A stretch of 63,961 nucleotides of DNA, the filler included, from Octopus bimaculoides (Eukaryota), in the NCBI RefSeq assembly GCF_001194135.2. It is 6 parts of 6 records of this genome, joined end to end, with 100 filler letters (N's around TTAATTAATTAA, not from the genome) between each part and the next. Parts side by side here need not be neighbours in the genome. Positions count along the whole stretch, not along the records: positions 31,720 to 53,269 come from NC_068997.1; 5 more parts are not named here. The stretch is one strand, 5' to 3'. The translations under genes and the position numbers were made by a program. Shown one piece after another: positions 38,901 through 51,686 of this stretch; the stretch's first letter is position 1, and each line of letters opens with the position of its first letter. The notes below the pieces were generated by a model. It was not told where the DNA came from. It worked only from the letters and a program-made list of their open reading frames with translations, and searched no databases.

Positions 38901-39760
38901 ATTACTGTGGACAAATATTTACACACGTAGACAAACAACTAATGAACATTTTCCTTGCATTTAAATACATACTTCAAAAAGCAAGAAATTTATGGTTTAC
39001 ATGTATATGCGTCTATGTGAAAGTATATTCGCGTTTATGTATTCAACTCTGCATGTACTAAAAAAAATAACAACAAAGTATTTGAATGGCGAGTTTGTTA
39101 TTTATTTACTGAAATAGAATGATAGCACTTTCACTGTAAACTTAGTTCTGATTCGATAAAAGTCAACTAAAACCGAATTTAATACGAGTAAACAAAGGAA
39201 AGAGAAAAAAAATTGATCGAATTACGATTATGCCTTAACCCTTTGATGTCACACTGTCTACAAAGACACACACACGTAACACACATATATCAAATTATGC
39301 GTGTATATAATATATCTATATATATTAATATATATAGATATATATTTCTCTATATACATGCGTACACGCACATACATTTGTATATGTAAGAATTTGTGGT
39401 GATAGAGGGCTAGTGGGAGTGTAAATTTTTATGTGTGTATAACAAAATTTTTTTGCGTGCATATTGGGTCATTCCGCCCGGAAATACATATATATATTGG
39501 AGTATGTACATACACATAGTATTTTACTCCTGCTTCTAGCAATATAGGTGTTTCGTCTCCCTTAGTCACATTTAGTGACGATTGAATTTTTCATTTATGG
39601 TATTATATTGCACCTAGCTGTTTATATTAATTTTTTTGTATACGCATTAGCTTTCCGCTAAACCTTCCATAGATTTCCATGGTCAATACATATATGCTGA
39701 GTGGCGGAATTAGCCGACTCCAGCCGATTGGGTGACTATCACTGACGAATCGCACGGAAA

Positions 39761-40040
39761 CTGGCTGGCTCCTGTGCAGGTGACACGTAAAATACACCCT
39801 TTTGAGTGTGGCCGTTGCCAGTACCGCCTGACTGGCCTTCGTGCCGGTGGCACGTAAAAGCACCCACTACAGTCTCTGAGTGGTTGGCGTTAGGAAGGGC
39901 ATCCAGCTGTAGAAACTCTGCCAAATCAGATTGGAGCCTGGTGAGGCCATCTGGTTCACCAGTCCTCAGACAAATCGTCCAACCCATGCTAGCATGGAAA
40001 GCGGACGTTAAACGATGATGATGATGATGATGATGATGAT
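39761..40040 (+). mobile_element. Retroposon 3' end of RTE-associated type with (GAT)n tail
   Basis: GGTTGGCGTTAGGAAGGGCATCCAGCTGTAGAAAC...CCAACCCATGCTAGCATGGAAAGCGGACGTTAAAC(GAT)n. Internal duplicated GGTG.CACGTAAAA module. The family assignment is from recall. Confidence 0.65.
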
Positions 40041-40750
40041 ATGTGTGTGTGTGTGTGTGTTTGCGTGCGTGTGTGTTGATGTGTGTTTCAATGCGCGCGC
40101 GAGTGTGTGTGTGTGTGTGTGTGTGTACCGTTGCTATACATTTTCTTATCAACGAATGGTTCAAATGCAAAATAAACCTAGTTTGCATTTGAACATAAAA
40201 CATAAAATACTCGATTCTATCATACAACCGCCACATTTTCTTTTAAATATTGAATAGGCTAGACGTAGGCACACGAACAATAAGGACGATCAGTGTTGGA
40301 ACGTCAGTTAATAGTAGTTTGAATAATCTAAGCTAAAGAGGGATGCAACGATAATGAACATGAATGCACTTCACCACTTCTTGTCCGATTAAATTGGTAG
40401 CTGACAGCTACTGTTGGTGATGCAATCTATTTTATGTCTGCTATAGTTCTACAAGTATTTTAACATGTATCTATATTACAACCCAATGCATATCACGTAT
40501 CTACCAAGAAATAATCAATTTTACTATATATATATCGATCAAATCTGTAGCCGCGTACTTACATAAAGAAGCAACATTACCGACGACGAACTGGTGATGA
40601 GACATCTACTCGCTCATCGACCAGCTAGAAATAGCCGAGAAAGGCGATACGCTGGACAAATTAGTTTGCAATGTTGAAGAAACCATATTGAGCAAAGCTG
40701 ATCTGAGATTAAAGAATAAAAACAAAATCAAATATATTGGTTTCAAATTT

Positions 40751-40825
40751 AGATACAAGGTCAGCAAATACAAGGTCAGCAAATACAAGGTCAGCAAATA
40801 CAAGGTCAGCAAATACAAGGTCAGA
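40751..40825 (+). repeat. 15-bp tandem AAATACAAGGTCAGC x5
   Basis: Five adjacent units with no spacers. Confidence 0.95.
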
Positions 40826-41135
40826 CTATATCGACCCTAGTGTTCCATTAGTATTTACTTTATCGACCCTGAAACGGTGAATGGTAAGACCGATCCCGAT
40901 GACATTTGAACTCACAACGTACAGATCCGGAAGAAATGCCGTTAAGCATTTTGTCAAGCGCGGTAACGATTCCGCACGCCAGTAAACTTAACAGAGTGAA
41001 GAGTATTATTTTCAAATTTTGGCACAAAGCCAGCAATTTCGGGAGAGGTGGTAAGTCGATTACATTAACCCCAACCTTGAAATGGTACTTATTTTATCGA
41101 CCCGAAACTATGAAAACAAGGTCAACATGGGCGGA
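40826..41135 (-). mobile_element. Two adjacent SINE family B copies, diverged
   Basis: TTTATCGACCC...GAATGG...ATTTGAACTCA.AACGTA...AAATGCCG.TAAGCATTTT, followed by a second 3' half. Confidence 0.7.
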
Positions 41136-42174
41136 ATAACACCATCAAAATTATTGACACGAAGAATTATTTGTTTGATACCTTCACTAATTCTAAAAGA
41201 TCTGACAGTATATTCCTCGTGCTATTTGTTCAACTTCACTACATTGTGAGTTCAAATAATGAAGAGGTCAACACTGACATTTTACTTCTCGGAGGTCGAG
41301 AAAACGAAGCAACAGTCAAGTGATATGTTAGATCGCATTTACTAACCCTCTCTCAAACTTTGTTGGCCAAGTGCCTAAAGCCAAAAAAACCCTTTATTAC
41401 TGACGCTTCTCTGATATTATGACCTGAGATATAAATATACATTTAATCATTTTTCTTTTGTGTTCATCTGAATCTATTCACAATTTTGAAATCATTCATT
41501 GCGTAGTTATATCACAAATGACTATAACTAACAGCCTACACATAGATTGTAGTTCTAGCACTACATTACATACTTTATAAAACATCATTTAAATTTGATA
41601 CACAGTGTATTTTAATGTTGACGGCTTGTACATGAATAGATTTTGCGACTTCTTTTCTTTCCGCATTTTTTGTGCGTCTGTATGTGGTGGGAGTGGAGAG
41701 CAAGGTTAAATAATATAAAAATTAAAGCAGTTTTAATTATAAACTAATTTACAGTTGCCGTTGCAATTTCAATTTGTTACTTCCACATAAAGTTTAAATT
41801 AACCCGTTTATTCTCCATGTTCAGCATTTCGTTTCACTATTATATCATTATAAATAATAAAAAAAAATATTAATAGTAAAAGTCAGTGAAGTTAAACCGT
41901 CCCTGTTCCAACTACATCTGAACTCAAATGAAGCTTATCTAACCTCCAAGGCAGAACTATTAAAGGATTTAAATTTAAGCAAAGAAAAAAAAAAATTACA
42001 AATAAATAATTAAATTATAAAAATTAAAATAAATAAATGATACCCTTTAAACAATAATTTTATACACTAATGACTTCTTTGGATGAAACGAAAGAACATA
42101 AAAACAGGACATGCTTTATAAAACAGAGCGAAAACATTGGCACATGATAAAGATGTCACTTTCAAAAACGTTGG

Positions 42175-42225
<51 letters not shown>

Positions 42226-42697
42226 TATATATATATGTGTGTATGTATATATATATATATATACATACACATCTGAGTGTGTATAAACATATACGTAAAT
42301 ATATANNNNNNNNNNNNNNNNNNNNNNNNNNNNNNNNNNNNNNNNNNNNNNNNNNNNNNNNNNNNNNNNNNNNNNNNNNNNNNNNNNNNNNNNNNNNNNN
42401 NNNNNNNNNNNNNNNNNNNNNNNNNNNNNNNNNNNNNNNNNNNNNAAATAGAAAGAAAATTAATTTAAAACCCACATCGTTGTTGATACTCCAGTTCAAA
42501 GTCATCCATTTAGCGTTCTTTTATTACGTAATATATGTCTTCACCCGTTACCTCCCCTTGTAAATAGATATCTGAAGAACGCCATGAAGGTTTGGTTATA
42601 CAGGAAAATACTGGTCCTGTGCCCCCTTATATTTTCAATTTATTACTTAATTCAACGCCGGAGATTTATAACTCAGCTGCCGGCGTTTGATAATTGC

Positions 42698-42732
<35 letters not shown>

Positions 42733-42834
42733 TGTCTCTGTGTTTGTGCTATGATATATATATGTGTGTGTGTGTCTGTATGTGTGTGTGCGTGCGCGCG
42801 TTCATACGTGCGTGTGTGTACATCACAGTATTAC

Positions 42835-43459
42835 AGTATCGACCAGACCATCAGTTGCTGTTATATAAAATGAGCTTTCAATTCTGTTTGAATTGCGTTA
42901 TTCTTTTCCATCTGAACCCAAATTGCTTCTCTAAGTCGCCTTTCCATCGTCGTGGAGGCCTTCTAAGTTGGCTTTTCCGATCTCTTTGATACCCCTCGTC
43001 ACCTGCATGAGTCCACCTGTTATCTGTGAACCTTACGACATGTCCAGCCCGGCGGGGCTTTCGCTTTCGGTACTCTGCGACCACATCGTTACACCGCCCA
43101 CTTCTCGAATAATCTCATTTCGAGTGTGTTCTCTTATTGTTGTTTCTAGCAATGATCTTTCCGTGACTCTTTACGTCGAAGCCAATTGGCGCTCCATCCT
43201 TTGTGTATAAGAGCGAACGTAGGACGGAACTTTTGAAGACTCTGGTACGTATGGTGTTGTTTGGCTTCCTTTGGAGCACACTCTTTATTAAGTTAAATAC
43301 CTTCAATGAAGCTATCATTATGTCTGAGATTTCAGCTTCCATATCTCGGTACATATTCATTATGTGCCCTAACTAGACGTACTTCTTTACCTCCTCTCTT
43401 TCATCGCTTTCCTTGTGCTATGGAAACAATTTGACGAACAACGTCAGAGAGAGTAGGTA
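42835..43459 (-). mobile_element. RTE-clade LINE, 3' RT fragment
   Basis: KYV*LGHIMNMYRDMEAEI..LKVFNLIKSVL..RTRVFKSSVLRSLLY..RKRKPRRAGHVVRFTDNRWT..RRPPRRW. Confidence 0.82.
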
Positions 43460-43624
43460 GACGCAGGAGTGGCTGTGTGGTAAGTAGCTTGCTTACCAAC
43501 CACATGGTTCCAGGTTCAGTCCCACTGCGTGGCATCTTGGGCAAGTGTCTTCTACTATAGCCTTGGGCCGACCAAAACTTTGTGAGTGGATTTGGTAGAC
43601 GGAAACTGAAAGAAGCCCGCCGTA

Positions 43625-43701
<77 letters not shown>

Positions 43702-43770
43702 TTGTGTGTCTGTGTTTGTCTCCCTAACATTGCTTGCGAACCGATGCTGGTGTGTGTTATGTCCCTGACA
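43460..43770 (+). mobile_element. SINE family A, 3'-truncated, well conserved
   Basis: GCAGGAGTGGCTGTGTGGTAAGTAGCTTGCTTACCAACCACATGGTTCCAGGTTCAGTCCCAC..., ending at an (AAT)n tract. Confidence 0.9.
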
Positions 43771-43772
43771 TA

Positions 43773-43832
<60 letters not shown>

Positions 43833-44270
43833 CGTACTAGGATTACAGTAACAGAGGTTAACCACAGAAGATTGAAGTTTGAAGGCCCAAATGTTAGATC
43901 GAAGAATATAGTTTATCAATGTAAGGTAACGACCCAAACACATGTTACCAAATACGTGGGTTGTTCTTCGGGACAAATTTGTAAACGAATATCGAATCAT
44001 TATAATATGTTTAGAGATAGAAGTAAAATGGCGAATACTAGTCTTAGTAATTTTATTTGGGAACTGAAGCAACAAAAAAAGCAATATTCGTTCGAAGGGT
44101 CAATTATAGGAAAACCTTTCCCTTATGACAAAGGTAAGAGATATTGCTCGCTGTGTAATCTAGAATTATTTTATATATTATTTTCTAAAGGTAAGTTAAT
44201 AAATAAACTCACATACAATGCTTACAGATGTAGTCATTTTCTTAGGCATACGTTTTTCTGGTTTAAATAA
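43833..44270 (+). pseudogene. Penelope-like GIY-YIG endonuclease domain, open reading frame
   Basis: KNIVYQCKV..KYVGCSS..KRISNHYNMFR..NTSLSNFIWELK..PYDKGKRYCSLCNLE..LINK..RCSH. Preceded in frame by poly-Asn from (AAT)n, and followed by about 500 bp of AT-rich 3' sequence up to a (TA)n/gap. Confidence 0.88.
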
Positions 44271-47200
44271 ATTATAAATTTCAGTATGATCGGGTATTAT
44301 AATATAATATTAGGTTGAAAATGTATTTATTTACTAAAGTTTCTAGAGATAATATAATATAGATTTACATTAGCTTAGAATTTATTACCACTGATCAATA
44401 TTTTGTATTACTTGATTGTTTATTATTAATAATATCATTAGGGTTTTCTCCCTTAGATGGAATTTTATTTGAGGAGGAATTTTGAATATGGATCAGCCTT
44501 AGAGATTATAATTTTCTTTTGGTGCTTACTTTTAATCCTGAGGATGTGTAAGGAAATTTACTTATTTAACTTGAAGTAAGAGTTGAATTTGACCTTATAC
44601 AGAAATGTTTACATAGGTAATAAACTTTAATTTATATGGATATTAGCGTCAAAGCTCTTATTTAAAGTTTTGATATGTAACCAAGGAGATCGATTCATAA
44701 AGAGTTTACTATAGACCTTTTTGGAAGAAAGTTTGCTGTTTCGGTAACGATTACATGTTTTATCTTACCAATATATTTGGTAGATATCATTATATGAACA
44801 TATATANNNNNNNNNNNNNNNNNNNNNNNNNNNNNNNNNNNNNNNNNNNNNNNNNNNNNNNNNNNNNNNNNNNNNNNNNNNNNNNNNNNNNNNNNNNNNN
44901 NNNNNNNNNNNNNNNNNNNNNNNNNNNNNNNNNNNNNNNNNNNNNNNNNNNNNNNNNNNNNNNNNNNNNNNNNNNNNNNTATATATATATATATATATGC
45001 GTGTGTAGGTGTCTGTATGGAAAGAGAGAGAGAGAAGGAGAAGAATTCGCACTCAGTGTCATCCTATATATGTACGGGAATAAATTTTACCTGACCACTA
45101 CTGAAATACACCTGATTATAGGCCTACCGGATCGAGGTTGACACACAACTAAACAACACGTCCACCACCAACAACAACAATAAGCGATCCTAAGAATGTT
45201 CTGTTGCATAAATAATTGCTTCTGTTGTTGTTGTCGTTATTGATAAGAGAAGAGTTAATGATATCTCTATTTATTACTAAGGCAATATAACTGGTTACGT
45301 CATAATTTTAATGTAAATTTAATGTAAATAGAACAAAATAAAAAGTGAAGCTAAGTGCGTTATATTTACACTCCGATTTTCATGTGACTTGAATGCTGTT
45401 CCCACGTATTTCGTTGCCGTTTAGCAACAATTCAGACTTGACCTGTTGGATTTATGACCAAAGCATTTTAGTCACGATTATACTACCTATTTTCAGATAT
45501 GACATACCGAAGGCTGTATTGTCTAATGCATACTCTAATATGATTTCTTTTTTGCAAAGGTTTAAGGCAAGATTTGTTTGCTATTATTAACAATACTAAA
45601 GACAAGGACGAGACACCATATTACAATACTGACGTTCTTCATTGAGAACCTGCTCCGGTTCTGTCTACACGAGGCACATCATACTGTGAAAGCAAAGATA
45701 AAATCATCTTTATTAGAATTAGAACTCAGAACAATAGCATACTTAATTACGAAGCAATAACACATTCAGTAGTATCATGTTGATCCCATTACGCAATTTA
45801 TGTCACCTCAACCTGCTAGAAACAGCAGTCAAATTTCTCTCGAATCACAATCTAACGAATAAAAAACAACGAAGTTGGTTAATATAGAACTTGATTTCAA
45901 AAATAACGGGATGGCCACGGTTAAAATATCTTGATTTTTGTCAGAGCTAACCTAGGAGTCAATGACAATGATCGCCATTATCACCTTCGCTACCATCACA
46001 GCAACAACAGCTCGAACGCTTTTTAAGGGAAGTTTCCATGTGGTCATTTAAGAAATATAACAAACAGCACTCCTATCTTCCTCAAACCATACCTAACTTT
46101 AATGGATACATTTGGTAATGTATTCTATATAGCTAGTAGCTCTTACATTTTCAGTAGTCTATGACGAGCGAATGCTTTAAATATGTGTGCATGTGTGTGA
46201 ATGTGCGTGTATGTGTGTGTGCGAATGTGTGTATGTGTGAGTGTGCATAATCTAAACAGAAGACGTAAGAGTCAAGACGAGAGAAACTTTGGTTATATAT
46301 ACTCTCGATTAGAGCTACCTTCTTACTGAACATCAGTATTTCCTGTTTCTTTTATATTTAGCACATTTTGCTGAAGAGGTAGCTGCTCTATATGGCTTTA
46401 GTAACAGCTATAAACTTCAACATACTTGATCATGTGGGGATACATCAATCAGATTCAATACGGGCAAATACTGCGTAGAAAGGCACAAAACGCCCAGCTT
46501 CTTATTCAACCACTTTTATCAATTTGTAAAGCAAATGTGAGAAAAATATACAACCAGTCCAACTGCTAGAAACGATTAATGTTGTTGATCTTATTCTTAT
46601 ATGAAGTCAAGCAGAACAATGACCATCGGTGTTCAACATTTCGTTGGCATTTCGTCGTTATTTACTAAACTCTTTATTTATTTAAAACTTCTACAGTGTG
46701 CCATAAGAAGGATTCGGCTGGTACTTCTAGCAAATGTAATGACCATACACAAGCTTTTTTTCCCATTCCCGTTCACGCGAGTTAATAACGTTGAAGTGTG
46801 ATGTTGAAAATAAATTAATGAACAAAGAGAGAAATTTAAAAAATACGTAAATAAAAATACAAGAACAAAGAATATTTTCAATAACAAAATAAATATAAAA
46901 TGCACGTAATGCCATTTTTTCATTATTTTTATTCTGTGATTGTTTTGGGCCTTTCTTTCCATTCTTAACGATCAGTAAATTATGGAGGTCATAGTTCAGT
47001 CATTTTCTAAACGTGGTAGCTGATTTTTTTTGCTGTTGATCTTTGTTGGTTTTTGTCCTTATTATTTTATAATCAATATTATTTTGCTGCTCGTTCTTTG
47101 ATCAGGAAACTCACAGCCATAAAGACTACAATGTTGGATTTGTTTGTTTTCTGTTGTTTTTTTTTATGCGTTCTTTCTTTTGTAATCTTTTCTTCCCAAT

Positions 47201-47339
47201 GAGTGATAACTGGAGAAAAAGTACAGCATAAAAGAAAAAAAATCATAAAAACACTATAACAAATATAAGAAATAGAAAAAAAAGATCAATAAACATTTTG
47301 AACAATAATAAAACAGAACAATAACACGAATGTATATCG

Positions 47340-47344
47340 CAATG

Positions 47345-47411
<67 letters not shown>

Positions 47412-47466
47412 TGATGATATGATGATAAGAATATGATAGAATATATAAGAATAACAATAATGGTAA

Positions 47467-47523
<57 letters not shown>

Positions 47524-47708
47524 TAATAATAATAATAATAATAATAAACAGGAAAGAATATGCAGGAAGGTCAGTATGTGGCAGTGAATGCAAAATTACT
47601 GTGAGGAGAGGGAATTCACGTCTGGCAAAATGTCTTCTGATTTTTAGATGAGAACATCAAAAGAAAGAAAAAAGAAGCTGACGGGTTAAAATGTATAATG
47701 ACATTCAC

Positions 47709-47777
<69 letters not shown>

Positions 47778-47977
47778 AATAATGATAATAAAAACAACAA
47801 CAACAAAAGCAACAACAACAAAAATAACCGTATTAATAATATTGACAATATTAATAAAAGTGCCACACCCAACGAAAGTGTGTTTGCCTCTTAACATACG
47901 TATAGCGGAGTCCTTGTTAAGTGAAATGACGACAGCAGCGGTGGATGATTATTACGGGGGTGTTGTATCTGTGATGA

Positions 47978-48017
<40 letters not shown>

Positions 48018-48466
48018 AATGTCACGGTGGAATATTTTTTTTTTGTCTTGTGTAAGAGTAGTGTAAGGTGGGGGAATTGAATAGGAGGACACATTTAAAT
48101 AAAAACATATGTATTACTAGTCCCGTTATTTGAACGATACGTTTCTAAGGTCTGCCATTTAAAGGGCATTTAAAGTTCCAACAATATCTCATGCTAGATT
48201 TCCAGTAATAATAATATGACAAAAAAAACAAAACGCACGAGGCCTGCCATATTGGTGAAGAAGGATAGCCGATGACTTCGACCCCAATGCTTAACTGGAA
48301 CTTAATTATCGAACCCCCAAAAATGAAAGGAAAAGCTGACGTCAGCGGAATTTAATCTCATGATGACAGTAGTAGTAGTAGTAGTAGTAATAGTAGTAGT
48401 AGTAGTAGTAGTAGCAGCAGCAGCAGCAGCAGCAACAGCAACAGCAGCAACAGCAGCAGCAGGAGC

Positions 48467-48539
<73 letters not shown>

Positions 48540-48540
48540 T
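47340..48540. repeat. Trinucleotide microsatellite cluster: (AAT)n, (AAC)n, (TTG)n, (AGT)n, (AGC)n
   Basis: Direct inspection. Confidence 0.92.
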
Positions 48541-48939
48541 GTGTGTGTGGTGTGAAGCAGTCAACAATATTTAAAGTATGAGGAATTCGGGATTCAGCGT
48601 ATTGTTAGAGGATTTCCCCAAGTTGACTCAGACAGAATATAATAAATGAAGATATGACCAATTTTTGTGAAAGTTTTGCAGTGGGGGCTTTGTCAGGAAT
48701 GGAGATTGGTAACTGGAAGTACTTGGTGTGATCATCAAGTTGAAAGAGAGCTGGAGTCGGATAAATGCAAGGTTTTTATGGGTTTTTTTTTTCTATTCAA
48801 ACGTATATGACGCTAAAAAATAATAAACCAGAAGTAACAATAATAGACAAATAGAAGCGAAGTTGCATATTAATTGAGTCATCATGACCGCCTGATTTCA
48901 TGGTAAACGGGGAAATGTTTTTTTTAATATTATCCCTTA

Positions 48940-49233
48940 AAATTTCAAATTGCGAGAACCTGGAATATGAGAACTGTGCTGGTAATTATTTGTGCGTTAG
49001 GAACAGTGAGTAATGATACAGACGAAATGGTGAAGGCGTTTCGGATGGAATTTTTTAGAAACTGCACAGGACGAACAGCTTCTAAAAAAAAATTGCTTCT
49101 TTGGTATAAGAAAGGATTTTGTACACTTCAAAATTATTGAAGGCTTTTAGGTATTTAAGCTTACAGGTAGTAACACTCTACCCTAATAAATTCTATCAAG
49201 AATTAGAATAAACTTACCTGAGTCAGGTGTAAC
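48940..49233 (+). mobile_element. Old R4/Dong LINE 3' tip followed by an (AAT)n tract
   Basis: FQIARTWNMRTVLVIICALGTVS resembles the C-terminus of the other R4/Dong copies. (AAT)n at 49232-49296. Confidence 0.55.
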
Positions 49234-49240
49234 AATAATA

Positions 49241-49297
<57 letters not shown>

Positions 49298-49439
49298 GAA
49301 ACATGGGTGTTTTGTTCAACATCCTTCAAAAACTCTTATTCCGTGACCTTTTGAGCGGAGTGGACTACTCGAGCTGAAGAAAATTCTAACTGGGCTCCAG
49401 CTGCGCTGTTTATCTTGATATCAGATCACTATGTCGCAC

Positions 49440-49600
49440 ACATATGGCTGGTACTTTATTTAAATTATTTACATTATTTACATTTGACGGATATTTATCC
49501 TCATCTTGTTTGTTGCTAACACAACGTTATACTCTCCAGCCTTCATCAGGTGTCTTAGGGAAATTTCGAACATGGGTTCTCATTCCTAAGGTATTTTCGA
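49440..49600 (-). mobile_element. Penelope-type non-coding fragment with a broken hammerhead
   Basis: Minus strand CAC-CTGATGA-A-GGCTGGAGAGTATA-ACGTTGTG. The 3' strand of stem II and the GAA of the core are missing. Confidence 0.45.
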
Positions 49601-49616
49601 TGTTATTATTATTGTT

Positions 49617-50379
49617 CAGTAGTTTTATTTTTATAACGTGCTTTCACTTCACTACCGAGCGCAGCTCTGTGCGCCTTGGGTATGTGCTGTGGTTTGCTGT
49701 GGTGCTCTTATGGTTACTGTATTGAAAGTGTTTTGCGTAGGATGTGTGCTGTGTCCAGTAGTGCAATTTTCTGTATGTTATATATATTTGTAAGTCCTGG
49801 TGTTTTTGATATGTATTTGTCTGAATATTTTTTTATTATACCTAAGGCACCTACTATAATAGGAATTGTTTCTGTTTTTAGATTCCACATTCGATTTACC
49901 TCTATTTCCAGGTCTTTGTATTTTGAAAGTTTTTTCCATTTCTTTTAGAGAGACGTTGTCATCTGCTGGTATTGATACATCAATTAGAAAGCTTTTTTTC
50001 TCTTCATGATCTTTGACAACTATATCTGGTCTATTTGCCTTAATTTCTCTATATGTGTGTATTGGCATATCCCAGAGTATGGTTGCTTTCTCGTTTTCTG
50101 TGACCTTTTCTGGCGTGTGTTTATACCATCTTTTTTCTGTGGTTATCCCATAGTGTTGGCATAGCTTCCAGTGTATATAGGTCCCAGTTCCGTCGTGTCT
50201 GTGAATATATTCCTTCTTAGCCAGGACTGGGCAGCCAGAGATAATATGATTTATTGTTTCTTGTCCATCTCCACAAATTCTACAGTTACTTGTTATGTTT
50301 CTTTTCATTATATGTTTTTGTAATTTCTGGTGGGAAGGCTTTGATCTTGTGCAGCAATTAAGAATCCTTCAGTCTCTGC

Positions 50380-50380
<1 letters not shown>
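49617..50380 (-). mobile_element. R4/Dong LINE, 5'-truncated, embedded in (TAA)n
   Basis: AETEGFLIAAQDQSLPTRNY, CRICGDGQETINHIISGC, RHD, LWDMPIHT..KANRPDIVV..LIDVSIP (RLE PD..D motif). A long (TTA)n lies at 50380-50458 and a short one at 49603-49613. Confidence 0.92.
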
Positions 50381-50459
<79 letters not shown>

Positions 50460-50619
50460 CTTTCAACTACAAGCACACAAAATCTGAAATTTCGGGGAAT
50501 AGCGTAATCCATTAAACCGATCCCAAAACTCGAGTGGTTCTGATTCGATCGAGCCCAGAAGGATAAAAGACAGTAAATAATGAAAGAGGAATAGAATTAT
50601 GTCAGCGAAAACAATGGCC

Positions 50620-50657
50620 ATTACGACGACGACAACGACGACGAAGATGATGATGTC

Positions 50658-50702
<45 letters not shown>

Positions 50703-50703
50703 A

Positions 50704-50756
<53 letters not shown>

Positions 50757-50775
50757 AATGATGATGATGATGGAG
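50620..50775. repeat. (GAC)n/(GAT)n microsatellite
   Basis: Direct inspection. Confidence 0.95.
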
Positions 50776-51434
50776 GTGATGATGGCTGTATGATTGTATC
50801 TATGGGTGTGGTAAAAATGAATAAGTTGGTTCGCTGTTAAATTAAATAGTTTCACGTTTAAAATTGAGCAAAGCCCTTCGGTGAGGCATCTGGAAGCTAT
50901 CGTAAAGAATCATATGACAGAAGAACAAACGACAGCATGGATTCAGAGGGAGAAAGAGAGAGAAAGAGAGACAGGGAGAGAAGAGAAAAGAAAGTGACGG
51001 AGAGGGGTGACAAGCAGACACGGGTATAGACTTTCCGAAGAAAAGCTGGATGTAATAATTGGGAAAAAATGGTGTTACCATGAAAGGCCGCCTACGGTAA
51101 CAGGCTGGAATCTATTTAGAAGAGAGTATTGAAATAGATCCTAAAACATTACGTATGTATTAATGTGGGCAACTCTATGTATCCATCAATCAATTTCTTC
51201 CCTCTTTCTATCTCATATATGCGTTTGTATGTATGTATGTATGCATGTATGTATGTATGCATGTATGTATGTATGTATTTTTTAAAGCCTCTTACGTAAT
51301 CTAATGATTCTTTTACCGAATCGCTAAATTATGTGGACGTAAAAAAACAACACGGTTTACCACAGCACATATATAATGACACACACACATAGAAAAATAC
51401 ATACATACGTACATGTGTGTGTGTGTGTGTGTGC

Positions 51435-51471
<37 letters not shown>

Positions 51472-51550
51472 AGTGTCTGTGTCTGTGTCTGCCTGTCTGT
51501 CTGCCTGTCTGTCTGCCTGTCTGCCTGCGTCCGTGTGTTTGTGTATGTAT

Positions 51551-51686
51551 GTAGGCGTGTAGTTTAGTGGTTAGAATGCAGTAGTCTTGACCGTCGGAAG
51601 CCAGTGTTTTCAATTCCTGGACCGGTCGATCTGTTGTGTTTTTGAGCAAGACACCTTATTTCACGTTGTTCTAGTCCACTCAACTG
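51551..51686 (+). mobile_element. tRNA-derived SINE family C (GCGTGG.TTAGTGGTTAG...TTGAGCAAGACAC)
   Basis: tRNA-like head plus TGTTGTGTTTTTGAGCAAGACACCTTATTTCACGTTG; homologous to 54557 and 55865. Confidence 0.75.

Noticed and set aside
40591-40624. Hairpin CTGGT-GATGAG/CTCATC-ACCAG
   Set aside because: It is followed by GCTAGAAATAGC, also seen near 45815, suggesting part of a dispersed repeat. It is too short for a pre-miRNA and has no ribozyme core.
44538-44560. CTGAGGA...GAAA downstream of the second GIY-YIG
   Set aside because: The position suits a pseudo-LTR ribozyme, but neither stem I nor stem II can form.
50868-51026. 53-codon R/E/D-rich open frame
   Set aside because: The composition is explained by GA-rich simple sequence, and the splice signals are weak.
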